Positions 9,600 to 22,026 of a stretch of 64,000 bases of DNA are shown piece after piece. The DNA is taken from NCBI GenBank assembly GCA_036867785.1, contig CP145416.1, positions 1-64,000 on the forward strand, given 5' to 3'. A program made the translations under genes and the position numbers. Each line of letters starts with the position of its first letter. Position 1 is the first letter of the stretch. A model generated the notes under the pieces. The model saw only the letters and a program-made list of their open reading frames with translations. It searched no databases and was not told where the DNA came from. Source of the stretch: Plasmodiophora brassicae (taxonomy: Eukaryota).

Positions 9600-12500
9600 A
9601 CGCCAGGAAGCCATGCATGGCCGGTGTACACGCGTGACAACTGGTTTTGCTTGTATTGAACGGTCCTGGTTGCCGCGATACGCCGGCCGGGATGGTGACG
9701 ATCGTCATCAGAAAGCAGGCGTTCGCGTGGCGGCCTGTAGAAATGGACGCTGGGCACCGCTGAACTGCTGGGCAACCAGCAGCGTAGGCAGGCGCAGTCG
9801 GGCTTGCAGACGTTGGCGCTGGCGGCGCCCTTGCTCGCTGTGCCCGACATCGAATGATGGGTCTATGACAGGGACGCAAACGACCAACCGCAGCGATCGA
9901 CAGGGGGTAGGCGTCGCCTCAGGCGTGGGGCCAGGTGGCCGCAACCCTGACGATGCGCTACAGCTACGGTTGCCGTCTTCTGTCCATCACATGTCAGAGG
10001 CCATGGTCGCTTGTCAGACGCGAAACGACCGACCTGTTCTGGATATAATTCATCCAGGGATACTGAGCGCGTGGACACACCAGCAGCAGGTTGCATTGCC
10101 TTCCCCGGGGATGCGCTTTACACGTGCCAATATAGTCGGCGGCGACGTCGGCGTGGACCTGTCGTCGGGGATACGCGACATGCGATAGCCCCAGGTGCGG
10201 AGCAGGTGGTCGGACCGCCTGGCACCGCCCGGCATCGACGGCTGCCGTCTCCTGTCCAGCACATGTCTCAGCCCATGGTTGCTTGTCATACGCGATACTA
10301 CTTACCTGTTCTGAATACAATTCATCATCCAGTGGTACTGAGCCGCAGCAGGTTGCGTTGCCTTCGTTGGGGACGCCTTGGCCCGTGACGATATGGTCGG
10401 CGGAGACGGCGGCGGGGACGCAAGCAGGTCAGGCAGGCACGACATGTCGTCGGCGACCCGCGATGTGCGACGGCGAAGAACACCCGTTGAACCGTGTATG
10501 GCGATGTAGTGGACGACGTTGACGACAGGCAGCGTAGCCGGGTCGTCGGCGACGACGACGACGCAATTACGGAGTGGGTGCGCCCTGCTTGACTTTCGCC
10601 GAGGCCAGCCTTCATTGGAAATTCATATACCGACATGGACTAGATCAGTAGGTACGAACTCGACCAGGACCATGCCCTCGTTTAATGTCGAGTACCTACC
10701 CTCCGAAGAACGGCGAAGAGAAATTCGGCACTCTCCACCCTTTGCGGACAGCGGGTCCCACACATCCGACTGTATTGTTCCTCGGTTACGTTCCCTTTAC
10801 GTTTGTCGGGAACTCGTAAACGTTTGGCCCCTGCATCTTGCTGAAATTGTTAAAATGTGTTAACGCTCCCGGTTACGACGAGGAGCAATTCGGCACTCTC
10901 TCCTCGTTGCGGACAGCGGGCCAAACACCTCCGAGTGTATTGTTCCTCGGTTACCTTCCCTTTAGGTTTGTCTTATTGTCGTAAACTTGTAAAGGGATGG
11001 CCTCTGCACCGTATTGAAATTCGTAAAATGTGTTAACGCTCCCGGTTACGACGAAGGGCAATTAGGCACTCTCTCCCCGTTGCGGATAGCGGGTCTGAGA
11101 CATCCGATCGAGAGTATTGTTCCTGGGCTACCTTCTCCTTCGGTTGGTCTTATTGTCATCAACTCGTAAATGTATGGCACCTGCACCTTACTGAAATTCT
11201 GAAAATGTATTAACGCCCGCTTACGACGAGGAGCAACACGGCACCCTCCGCCCGTTGCGGGCAGCGGGTCTCACACATGCGAATGTACTGTTCCTTGGTT
11301 ACGCTCTTCACGTGTGGGTGTACGGCTGTACGCGCATGTCAACATGTTCAGCGTGTATTGAACGGCCCCGGTTATCGGGATATAGCGTCAAGGATGCTGC
11401 ACGATCGTTGTCGAAAGTCAGGTGTCCGCGAGGCTTCCGGCAGCAACGGGCGCTGGGCACCGCTACCCTGCTGGGCAACCAGCAGAGTTGGCAGAGGCAG
11501 CCGACCAGGCAGATGGGGGGCCGGCGACGCATTTGCACCAGTGCCCGTCATCGCAGGATGGTTCAGGGTAGACGACGATTTGCAGCCAGCGACTATGGAG
11601 GGGCAGTCGACCGCCTCAGGTGTGGACCAGAATGACGATTTGGCAGAACCACGCCTGCTTGAAGGCTCACATGATGGACAAGCGACGTCCCGCGACAGCT
11701 GGCGTGTCCTGTCCATCACATGTCAGAGGCCAAGGTCGCATCGCATCAGCCGACAAACCATACCTGTACTGGAGCCGCTCCCAGAGATACTGGGCGCGCT
11801 GACGGAAGATCACCACGTTCCGCTGTTCTTGTAGAGGATGCGTTGGCCCGATCGCGGCGACGTCGGCGCGGACGCAAGCACGGCAGGGAGCCGTATCAGG
11901 GCGTCGGCAACATGGGACATCTTGGCAACGACACGCCCCTGGCCAGGAGATGCACAGGAGCCCGGCAGGCCCCCTTATGGTCGCGTCGCAGGTGATCCCG
12001 TTGGCCCGTGTCGGTGCTCGGCGGCGACTTCGACGCGGACGTAAGCACGGCAGGCAGGCACGTCTGGGACCCGCAGCCTGCTGAGGCGAGCGTAGACGCA
12101 TATCGCAATGTAGTGGGCGGCATTGACGACCGGCAGTGTCGTACTGGCGACGGCAGGTATGTCCTGTGCAGAACGTGTGAGGCCGTTATCCTTTGCATTA
12201 GACAACGGTCCGTACCGGAGCATGGCGTCGCCCAGACGTGTTGGGCGCGTTGGCATACGTCCAGTGGTGTGCATCGTTGACGTCGCAGTCGATCGCAGGT
12301 ACAGCGAGCAGGCGCCTCGGGACATCGAAGACTCGAGATACGCGAAGACGAACACAACGCAGGCAGGCAGGCACCAGGTCGTCGGCGACACGCGAGGTGC
12401 GAGTCCTGTGCAGAACGTGTGAGGACCTGGTCCTTTGCATTAGGCGACAATCCGTACCAGTGCATGGCGTTCGCCCAGAAGTGTTCGGCGCGTCTGCAGA

Positions 12501-12640
12501 CATCCTGCAGGATGCAACGACGATGTCGCAACAGTCGCTGGTACGGCGATCACGCGCCTCGGGACGTCGAGGACTTGCGACATGCGATGCCGAACACAGC
12601 GCAGGCAGGCAGGCACCGCTCGACGCTTAGGAAAGCAGCC
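9600..12640 (+). repeat. Decayed complex repeat region (diverged duplication ~9620-10100 vs ~11320-11830; ~240-270-bp units at ~9980, 10254, 11710, 12160, 12403)
   Basis: Recurring diverged blocks: TGTATTGAACGG...GCTGGGCACCGCT...CTGCTGGGCAACCAGCAG twice; GTCCA(T/G)CACATGTC three times; GTCCTGTGCAGAACGTGTGAGG twice, 242 bp apart. Confidence 0.75.
10700..11310. repeat. Diverged AT-richer tandem repeat, ~165-177-bp unit, ~3.5 copies
   Basis: AAAATGTGTTAACGCTCCCGGTTACGACGA-like blocks at ~10852, 11025 and 11202; GGCACTCTC-like blocks at ~10726, 10892, 11065 and 11240. No ORFs. Confidence 0.85.
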
Positions 12641-12982
12641 TCCGCAATCCGCAGACACGCGTGCGCCCCGGAATCGGGCATCCAGCCATGCGCCTAGTTT
12701 TTGGTGCGGATTTCTTCTTGCTTACGCGTTGTCACCTGTCAAACGGGTCTACTCATCCTTCGTCCAAACCGAGAATATGGAGTCGTCACATCGCGCGCGG
12801 GTATGCTGCGCTTGCGACGTGCTGGGTCATGGCAGTGTCGGCCGTCTCCGGGTTGGACTTCAATCTAACAGAGGCTGGTCCCGACGTCCATGGCATCATT
12901 CGCGCCGTTCGTCCCTTTGATTGCGTGCTTGACCATTAATAGACGCTGAAGTACTGGACACGTACAGGGATCGATCACGCTC

Positions 12983-14527
12983 ATGACGCCAGTGCGGTCG
13001 GCTGGCGTACTCGACATGTGCGCCCCTGTTCGCGCCACGTGGGCGGCGATGACGCTCATTCTACTTGCGAGAGTTTGGCCAGAAGGGCATGGCTACATGG
13101 TCATTGTTGAGCCGCCCGATTCCCCATTCGCAGGGATTCGCATGCGAAGCGTACCATGGAACAGATATCTTGGGCCGCAAGGCACTGACCCAGTCCTGGT
13201 GAATGTCACGGCCGAGATTATTATCGTGAACGGCGACCATCTTTGTCAGACGGACCGTGACATCCCGGACGAAGTTCGAGGTCGTGTCGTGGTCCTGACA
13301 TCATTTGGTGATCCATCAATATTCGGATGCCCGAAGGCGAAACAGTTCGCCGCTATTCAAAACAAAGGTGCCGCCGCATGGATCCAGATCTTCCGACCTG
13401 GATCTCACGCAATGATCCCTTTCGACTCCTTCTCCTTGGACAGACGATATCTGCCAAACTCCGCCTCTAACAATATGGTGTTTGTTGCTGTAGAAGCGCC
13501 AGGTTCAACGTCGCTGTCGCTTCAGGATTATTTACTGGACAGCGGGCGAGCGGCAACGACTGTGGTCAGCATCCAACCCGATGTGAACGACTGGGACGAA
13601 TTCTACCCTCGATGGTATGTTCAGCTGCTGATCAGATGGATTCCGGCTACCATACTCGGCACAGCGACCGTTTTCGCCGCTTGGTTTCTGTACAAGCATT
13701 GGAAGAAAATCAACGCCAAGTTCGACAAATTGCACCCGGTACCGACCATGCGCACGCGGCGACGCCGGCTGAAACATGTCCGAACGAGCGTTTCCACAGT
13801 CCACCTGATTCTCGTCATTGAACTTGTGACCACTTTCGTCCTGTTTCTGTTTGTTGCTATTGGCGGATGGCAGAGTAACGACCTTTTGCCGTTGGAACTG
13901 ACACATTTCTTCGTCACTGGGCTGGCCGGATGGGGATTCACTTGCGACGTTCTCAGTGCCGTTCTGTGGACGAACTTGCTCAAAGCGACCGATGGCACAA
14001 TTGAAGATACGTGGTTGGGAACGTACCTGGAGCGTTACCCCCTCCTAAAGCTAGCTTTGTGTTGTCTCCCGGTTCTGCTTGATACGGCCTCGTCGGCCGG
14101 CGCTGCACTCTACATTGCACTTCCGTCCTGGAGTACGACAACGTCAACCCTGATCTTGATTCTGCAACTGGCCGTTGGCATCCAGTTCCTTGTGCAGTCG
14201 TTGAGGTTCCAGTCGCATGCCAAGAAAATCATGGAAGATGTCAGCGGCGCGCGGCAATCGGATCCTGCTATGGACAGCCTTTTACGACGTCTGAACACCT
14301 GGACCTTTCTGCTGTCTTTGGCCATGATTGCGTTCGTATGCTTCGTGCCGATCGGCGGGACCATGTTCTTTTACACTTTGGGCGGGTGGGTCGTCTTTTG
14401 GAGCGGGGCCGGATCGGCGCGCGGGCTGACCAGCCTCTGTCGTGTGATGCTGGCACAACCAACCGCCGTGAAAGAAGGCACTCAGATGCTAACAGTCCAG
14501 ACGAGTCCAGGGTACACACCAAAGTAA
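12983..14527 (+). CDS. Intronless membrane protein: signal/anchor + PA (protease-associated)-like ectodomain + ~7 TM helices (GPCR-like)
   Basis: 514-aa ORF. PA-like segment HLCQ...EVRGRVVVL...GCPKAKQFAAIQNKGAAAWI, and about seven hydrophobic segments in the C-terminal half. Confidence 0.7.
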   Translation: MTPVRSAGVLDMCAPVRATWAAMTLILLARVWPEGHGYMVIVEPPDSPFAGIRMRSVPWNRYLGPQGTDPVLVNVTAEIIIVNGDHLCQTDRDIPDEVRGRVVVLTSFGDPSIFGCPKAKQFAAIQNKGAAAWIQIFRPGSHAMIPFDSFSLDRRYLPNSASNNMVFVAVEAPGSTSLSLQDYLLDSGRAATTVVSIQPDVNDWDEFYPRWYVQLLIRWIPATILGTATVFAAWFLYKHWKKINAKFDKLHPVPTMRTRRRRLKHVRTSVSTVHLILVIELVTTFVLFLFVAIGGWQSNDLLPLELTHFFVTGLAGWGFTCDVLSAVLWTNLLKATDGTIEDTWLGTYLERYPLLKLALCCLPVLLDTASSAGAALYIALPSWSTTTSTLILILQLAVGIQFLVQSLRFQSHAKKIMEDVSGARQSDPAMDSLLRRLNTWTFLLSLAMIAFVCFVPIGGTMFFYTLGGWVVFWSGAGSARGLTSLCRVMLAQPTAVKEGTQMLTVQTSPGYTPK

Positions 14528-14897
14528 GGAGTCAGACGGCGCCTCAAGGTCGAGGAAACGACAGGAACGAGCGGTTGAACGAAATGTTACGTCAACTCCA
14601 CCGTATGCATCGCTTGTGACGACCGTTCCTCAGAATAAAAGCGGCAACTGGTATTTCCCTCCCCCGGCGTCTGCTCAGAACCGACGATACCTGCTGAGGC
14701 AGAATGGCAGGAGCGTCCAGTGTTGCAAGTATACCATACTGTTGCTGTTGTTGTTGTCCATCTTCGATTGCGTCTGGGTGCTCACGTTCCTGCCTAATTC
14801 AGGAATGGGCGCAGCCCGTCCGCGTCGCACGTCTTGCGCAGGTGCTCTCCCCGGGTCCACAATCGGGACGTTGATGGCGTCCGCCCGATGACCTGTG

Positions 14898-17130
14898 ATG
14901 GACGGCGGCGACGACGATGAACCATCCATTCAGGATCGCCTGTGGCGCACGCTGCGATTCGACTGGTCGTTGTGGAGCCCGGTGACGTCCCCTACGGCGC
15001 CCACGACGTCGAGCACAGTGGCGCCCGTGCCGTCACGCAGCGACAACGATGATCCCGATCGCCCCCAACTGGATCGCCAGGTCGTGCGCTCCCCCTCACG
15101 TTTGCTTATGCCAGCGTGTGGTGACACGCGCTCGCCAGTGGGTCGTCCACCATGATCAGCATCGAGCACTGCTGCAGCGTCTGGCGGCCCAGACCAACGC
15201 CCTGCGTACGTTTGTACACCCCGGCGCCTGCGATCCTGCACGCCTAACAACGCTAGGCAGGTGCTGTCGAGCGGGCACTGCGCCAGGCCGATCGTCGCCT
15301 GCTGGAGGCGCAGCAGGCTGAATCGGCCGCCCTGGGATCGCTGACGCAGGTGCGCTCATCCCTATCGTCGTCATCGTCGTCGTCGTCGTCGGTAGCCTCG
15401 TCTACGCCCATGACGGACCTGACCGGATACGACAGCCAAATATCGAACGTGCAACGCCTGATCGACAGTCGGCGTCGGCGCCTGCAGGCGTGCGACGCGC
15501 AGCGATCATCGATCGGGAATCGGATCGGGCAGCAGACGTCGATGCTGTACCGTCTGGAAGCGGGCGGCGCCGCAGCTGATTCGGAGGTGGCCGTCTGCCG
15601 GTCCGAGCTCGTCGACCTGCAGCGCCAGATGGAGGCGGCGCAGGCGGAATCCGGCCAGCACCGCCAGGCGCTGGAGGCCCTGCGGGCGCAGCTGGACGCG
15701 TTCGCCCTGGAGCGCGCCCGGCACCAATCGGCACAGGCCGCCGACCGCGGCCGCCTCGACGACGTCCAGCGACGATACGACCTGTGCCATGGCGAATCCG
15801 TCAGCGCCAAATCCGACCTCGACAGGCTCATGGTCGCCCAGTTGCACGGCCTGGTCCGCCTGGATCGCCTGCGGGATGCCGTCTCCTCGTCCGGGGACGT
15901 CCTCGCCGGCCTGCTTGCCGCCCACAACGCCAGCCGAGCGACGACGACGACGGCAGCGCGGCGCGCCTCGGAGCCGGCCGACACGGCGGAACGTGTGGAC
16001 CGGTACGTGGCACGTGTTCACTGGCTCGGTGCGGGTGCGTCGTGCCTGCGTGGGTCGCTGACGCTGACCTCGTTCCTGGTCCTGTTCGAGTCCGACGCCG
16101 GACGACGGCACCACCTCTGCCTCGACCTGCCCGACATCGTCCAGTGCACGATGGACGTGGGCATGGCCGGTGTCCAAGTGCACACGCGCCCGCACCGTGT
16201 GAACCGGTTCGTGGGCCACGACCAGCTAGACACGGTCGACTGGGGCAACCCGGTCCGCTTCCGGGCGGACGAATCCGTTGCTAGGCAGGTCCACAGGTTC
16301 CTGTCGGCGCGACTCGCCAGGTACCACAAGGAGGCGCAATTCGCCGCCGAGTGCCAGCAGACTGGCATCGACGTCGACAGGGACGCGCCCGTCCGGACCC
16401 TGTCTGACGTCGTCATTCGCGTGACGGGCGACAGCCACATCGTGACGCGGGCCGAACTGGTCGACCTGATCCGGCGGGTCCCCGTTCGGCACCATTTCGA
16501 CGAGTGGCGCCGCCTGTACACGCTGACCGAGGACGGCATGTCGCTCAGCGCGATGTACAGGGCCGTCCAGAACGCGCCCGTCGCCGTCCTCGTCATCCAG
16601 GTCTGTATTGTCAGCGGCTTCATCCGGTCCGGATCTAACATGGCATTTGTAGGACAACGGCCGCAAGAGGTTCGGCGCGTTTGTCTCCGATCGCATTCAT
16701 GTGCGGCCGTCGTATTTCGGTACGGGCGAGGCGTTCGTGTTCCAGTACGTGCCGCGATCGACGTCGTCCGATCCTCCGTCCAGGACGCCAGCGTCGTCTC
16801 CCGTATCGGCCAGAGCGTCATCGTCCGAATCCGTCGCCGTGTACCAATGGAGGTACGTTGCGTGGCCTAGTGCAGATGGCGCGGGTGCTCAGTGCCCATA
16901 GTGGAAAGAACAAGTTCTTCGCGTTGTGCCGGCCGGATTCGATGGCCGTGGGCGGCGGATCGCATTTCGCAATCTACCTGACGTCCGCCCTGCGGCACGG
17001 GTCGTCCGGCGCCAGCGACACGTTCGACTGCCCGATGCTGAGCGCCGCGCCGGACTTCCTTGTCGCCCAGCTCGAGGTCTGGGCATACACCTGCGCCAGC
17101 ATCGACCTACATACACACACGTATAATTAA
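14898..17130 (+). CDS. TLDc-domain (OXR1/NCOA7-like) protein with N-terminal coiled coil, multi-exon; start uncertain
   Basis: WRRLYTLTEDGMSLSAMYR, FGAF, YFGTGEAFVF, SGKNKFF, SMAVGGGSHFAIYL and GSSGASDTFDCPMLS...LEVW across frames joined by GT-AG introns. Confidence 0.85.
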
Positions 17131-17383
17131 GCATGACGCGCGCGCCTCGGCGGCAACTGTCCTAAGTTGCCCGTGACACTTGTTGCTGTGCAGCTAGCGG
17201 CGCTATGTGGAGCTGCACCCACGGGGATGTTGAGAACTGCGCCGTGACGCAGTCGGCGTTGCCGTCAGTGGAGGACGCGCAGTCCGTGGGGCATCACCTT
17301 CGTCAGGGATCTGCCGCACGACTATCAGTGGTTCGTGCCGAGGCAGTCAGGCAGCAGCGTCGGGGGTCCACCGATTCGACGAT

Positions 17384-18726
17384 ATGACGCAGACCGGTGC
17401 GGACGCGTGGATGGGAGCCGGCGGCACCGATGCCGTCGTGGCGCACATTCGCACGCGGCTCACCGACTCGACGTTCAAGGAGGAGCCGACGCCCCGCCTC
17501 ATCCGTCGGTACCTGGAGAGCCAGCTCGACCTGAAACCCGAGGCGCTTGACGACGACGCCCCTAAGGCCGTCATCAAACGGCTGATCAAAGTCGCCCTCG
17601 AACAGATCAACGCCGAGGAGGAGGACCAGGAGGGCGACGAAGAGGACGATGTGGCCGAAACGAAACGCAAGCCGGCGTCGAAGTCGAGGAAGGCGACCAC
17701 GACGTCGAACAGCGGGCCGAAATCGTCTCCGCTGTATACGCTCCTGCGTCGCCTGGCGCAGGCGTCCGGCATCAACCCGAACAAGGCCGTGTCGGCGTCC
17801 ATGGCCCTGCAGGACAAGATCTCGGCACTGAAGGAGGCGCTGATCGACGCTGGCTACTCGGACGAGTACGCGTGCTGCCTGCTGTGTTGCTTCTGCACTC
17901 ATCTGAGCGCACTGTGGGCTGTAGGGACCTGAAGATGAAGACCCTGCCGGAGACGATTGATGTTGCTGAGGCGCGCAAGTCACTGGACGAATCGGCTGCA
18001 AAGGCCAACCAGGACAGGGAAGACGAGGACGTGGGCACTACCGCCGGAGGGCGGCGACGACGACGTGCTGCCGCCGCCGTTGACTTCAAGAAAATGTTCG
18101 CCAAGGTGCCCATCGAGGGCGTCGACGACGAGGATGAAGAGGATGCGGAGCAGGGCAGCGAGGCGGCCGAGGACAATGAAGAGGCGGAGGACGACGACGG
18201 CGAATCCAGCGGCAGTGAGGACTATGAACAGGAAGAGGACGAGGAGGACGAGGAGTCCGACTACGACGACGAGGAAAGCGACGCGGAGGAAAGCGATCGA
18301 CCGCGAGGGCGAGGGCGTCCGCGTGGTGGTCGTCGCTCGGCGGTTGACGACGGGGAGTCGGAATCCGAAGAGGAGGAACCTGAGATGTCGTCCGACGACG
18401 ACGACGAGGATGAGGACAGCGACGAGGACGGCCGTCGGCGCAAGAGGACGCAGAAGGGGCGGTCGAAGAAGGCGGGTGCGTCCGGCGGTAGGAAGGCATC
18501 CCGTCCATCCGATGTACTCAAGAAGCGCCGGCGCGGCGACGATGATGACGAAGAGGATGACGTTGACGATGAGGACGCCGACCCAAAGCCGAAGAAGCCG
18601 AAGTCGACGTCGAAGGCGGCGTCGAAGCGGCGCGTCGAGGAAGACGGTGCATCCGACGATGATGACGTGGAGGACGCGCCCAAGTCCAGATCGAAGGTGG
18701 ACGCCAGCGATGACGACGACGAGTGA
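17384..18726 (+). CDS. Acidic/basic low-complexity nuclear protein with N-terminal DEK-C-like helical domain
   Basis: TPRLIRRYLESQLDL resembles DEK-C. An intron at ~17866-17924 joins it to the D/E- and K/R-rich ORF 17872-18726. Confidence 0.65.
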
Positions 18727-18827
18727 CCGCCTGTCGGGCCCCGTCCGGGTGCACCGCAGGCAAACTAATACCAATCGGGTCGTGCCTCGTCCCTGGCAAT
18801 GTACTGTCTCGGGCAATTCGTTTATCA

Positions 18828-19524
18828 TTATTGTGGCGCGCGCCCTGGCGTTGTCGTGGCATTGACCTGGACGGTAATACGGGGCGACGACGAGTTCGTG
18901 ATTACCGCCACACTGGTCGGCTGCTTCTCGGCCGTCGCATTGTTTGCCGACAGGACGACAGGCTGGGCGACATACCTGTCGACGGGTGCCGTCAGATCCG
19001 GTGTCCACACAGGCCACGGGGCGACCCAAATACCATTCGTCGAACGAGACGACGACGCCGCACCTGACCTTGATGCTGTCGGCAGCGGACGCGGGCGCCG
19101 GCGCCTTGTAGGTGAAGGTCAGGCCGCTCATCTTGTCGTCGCTGTCCAGATGGGTCAGCGTGCTGCCTTGGTCGCATCCTGCGATGGCCATGGGTTTCGC
19201 ACGCGATTCAGCCACCTGAAGCCACTCGCCGACGCGAGTCCCGTTGCCGTTCTCGGCGAACAGGAGGAACCCTTTGAAGGTCGCGTTCCGGTCGTTGCTG
19301 TTGATGGCGACGTGGAACAGGTCCGGGCCGGCCCCCGGCGTCACCGAGCGAAGCGGGACGGCGGACAGCGAGAAGTGGCGACCGGGGCGGCGGCCCGTCG
19401 GTTCCGACATCTTCGGCAGCGACTCAATGAAACAGGAGGGCGACCCGTCCGGGTTCGCCACGCAGACGCAGCAGCACGCGCATAGGAACGTTACTGCGGC
19501 GACGACGCCGACCACGCCCTGCAT
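18828..19524 (-). CDS. Secreted Reeler-domain protein
   Basis: Signal peptide followed by NPDGSPSC, FKGFLLFA, RVGEW, LTHLDSDDK, FTYKAP and VVVSFDEW. One intron (~18977-19033), then a short S/T-rich tail to the stop at 18828. Confidence 0.85.
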
Positions 19525-20061
19525 CCTATGCTGTTTGGGTATCCGTTAAGTTGACGACCTGTCGCTGGGCGAACGTCGATAACAATATGTGTGTTTGGGG
19601 AGGGAGGCGCGGGCGTGATTCAACCACGTGATTTCCACGCGCTCTACTTGACCTGGACAGTGTGATTCATCCGTGGGCGGTCGCTGACACGACTGCACCC
19701 GTGCCGAGGACCTGCTGTCGCTGGCACCGACGTCAGCACGCCCATCCGCTTGCCGAAGTGGCCGACATTCGTCGGCGGTTACAATTTTCTATTTCTATTT
19801 CCGGCAATGGGGCGGTTGGAGTCCGCGCCGCTGGACGCCGACGACTGCGGCGGCAGAGTGGCGCACGCCGGCGTTGCTATTTTCGCCGCACTTCAAAAAT
19901 CGTCTCTTGTCGGCAGCTGCTGCCGCGGCTTCTCAGTTCTCCATCTCGGCCGCGGTGAGCGTTTCACACGCGCTCACACACACACACACTCTAAGGTGAC
20001 GCCCAACGCGACGTATCGCCGTCTGTAACGTCATCGGTTCGCAGCCGCCCGCCCGCGCGTC

Positions 20062-21252
20062 ATGCATCGCTCGTCCCGACTCGTGTTCGGTGCCCTTGTC
20101 GTCCTGTTGCTGTCGGTTGCGCTCGCCCACGAATACGACGATGATGGCGACGATGCGGCCTGTTCGTCGACGTTGCCGACCTGCCCGCGCGCCGTGTCGT
20201 CGACGCTGGCGTCGGCGTCGTCGGTGACGAAGTCGTTCATGCGGCGCGTCGGCGTGCTCTGGCTGGTGTCGACGGTGGCGTCGTCGGTGGCCCGTGCGCA
20301 TTTCCGACAGTCGAGCCTGTACCCGACCGTTGTTCGCGCCGTCAACTGGTACCACGCCCGGCTGGGGTACTCGACCTGGGAACGGCGCCGGCGCCTCGGC
20401 CGGTGCATGTCGTGCGTCGACCCGGCCGTTGGCGAAGGTGCCGCGCGTGTCACCGACATCACCGCCGACTTCATCATCGACCTCGTGTTCTACTACATTC
20501 CCGTCGGCGTCGTCGTTGTCGCCCAGGTCGTCCCTCGGGCGCTGATGCGCCCGTCCGACGTGCCCGGCATGGTCGACCAGGCGCTGGAAATGGGCGCCGA
20601 TGCGATCATTCAGAGCGTCAACGGGCTGCTCTCCTCGCTGCATCGCAACGCCCTGTTCCTGCTGGAGATTGGTGCCGTCGTGGCGCTGGCCGCTCGTGTC
20701 CACCCGGTCGTCAACGGCTACCTGCTGGAGCGCAATGTCAACCAGCGTATTAACAAGGCCGTTATTGCGCCCATCGCCAAGCGGATGCCGTCGTTCGCGC
20801 TGCGGACGTTCCTGACAACGATCGGCCCCGACCTCGTCGATTCCGCCGTCTACGCCGTCATCGTGCAGGTCATTGCCGGGACGTTCCGATTGGCGCGCTA
20901 TGGCATCCGTCGTGTGCTGTTCGGGAAGAAGCGTCGAGCGGCTGCGGTGCCGCCTGCGGGACCCGATCGCCCTGCGCCTGCTCCCGCTCCCGAGATGTGC
21001 GACGCTGCTTATGCGGATGCAGAGAAGGTGGTTGCTGAACAGGAGGCAAAGCCGGAGTCGAGCGCGAGCGAACACGGGCTGAATGATGACGTTCCTGTGT
21101 CTGCGGAAACGACGCGCCAGCAGCAGTCGTCCCCGTCGCCCCATGCGACTCCAAGTCATCCTGTGGTGACGCACCTGGCGACTGGAGGGTTGACATCTCG
21201 TGCGGCGATGGATGTCGCCGGTGACCCTTTGTCTATGGAACTTTCCGTGTGA
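20062..21252 (+). CDS. Hypothetical signal-peptide/membrane protein
   Basis: 396-aa ORF with an N-terminal hydrophobic signal and further hydrophobic helices. No family recognised; may contain an in-frame intron. Confidence 0.6.
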   Translation: MHRSSRLVFGALVVLLLSVALAHEYDDDGDDAACSSTLPTCPRAVSSTLASASSVTKSFMRRVGVLWLVSTVASSVARAHFRQSSLYPTVVRAVNWYHARLGYSTWERRRRLGRCMSCVDPAVGEGAARVTDITADFIIDLVFYYIPVGVVVVAQVVPRALMRPSDVPGMVDQALEMGADAIIQSVNGLLSSLHRNALFLLEIGAVVALAARVHPVVNGYLLERNVNQRINKAVIAPIAKRMPSFALRTFLTTIGPDLVDSAVYAVIVQVIAGTFRLARYGIRRVLFGKKRRAAAVPPAGPDRPAPAPAPEMCDAAYADAEKVVAEQEAKPESSASEHGLNDDVPVSAETTRQQQSSPSPHATPSHPVVTHLATGGLTSRAAMDVAGDPLSMELSV

Positions 21253-22026
21253 TCGGTGGTTGTTGGGCCAATCATTACACGTATTATGGCGTTCGTTTCA
21301 GAACGCGGTACGTTGCTGTATATAAGTAGTGCTTGGTTGGTGGCCGCAACCCATGTGGTGCAACGACCTACAAGACCAAGTCCAAAGGCGCATGCATGCG
21401 TTTTCATGCACAACATGGTAGCGCAGCTGACGGACAGGAATGACCCATAGCCACTGCCGGGTTCGATTATGGCGAGCAAGAGGACGGATGCGAGCGTGAA
21501 CAACCTGAGCAGTTCGCCAAATAGGAAAGTCTGCGTTTGTAACCAAACAGCAGGCAGCCGTATGTGTCTCGATGGCCTCTGCAGCCATGATGAATGGTAG
21601 ACGTGAACGACCCCGAGTCGCTCGTCGTCGGAGCGCCGGCGTCGGAGTTCGGGATCGGTGTTCGGCGTTGGGACGAGAACGATGATGATGGCGGTTGTGG
21701 TCCCCACGGGGTCCGCCGTACAGGTCAAAGAAAACTGCGCCACTTGGCGGCCACGATCGTTCCGTGGCGAGTTTCGCGTCACGCTGAGGCGACGGAGGCG
21801 CGCCCGGGTCCGTCCAGCAGCGCGTGCTGCTGACTGATGGTGTCCGGCGGCGGCCTGTACGTATCCGGGTCGATCTGGGCGCGTTGCGATCGCCGGACGA
21901 TGCGCGTGGAGATCCCACGATGCCCGTTCACGTCACGACCGGTGAGTCACGCGCGCGCAGGACGTGCCCCGATGACGTCATGCAGGGGGATCGATCACAA
22001 TCATAACGCGCCCGTCGTCGTAGATT

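Noticed and set aside
17980-19524. 514-aa ORF as a single Reeler protein
   Set aside because: Its distal part is the antisense of the acidic gene 17384-18726; splicing gives a stop at 18828.
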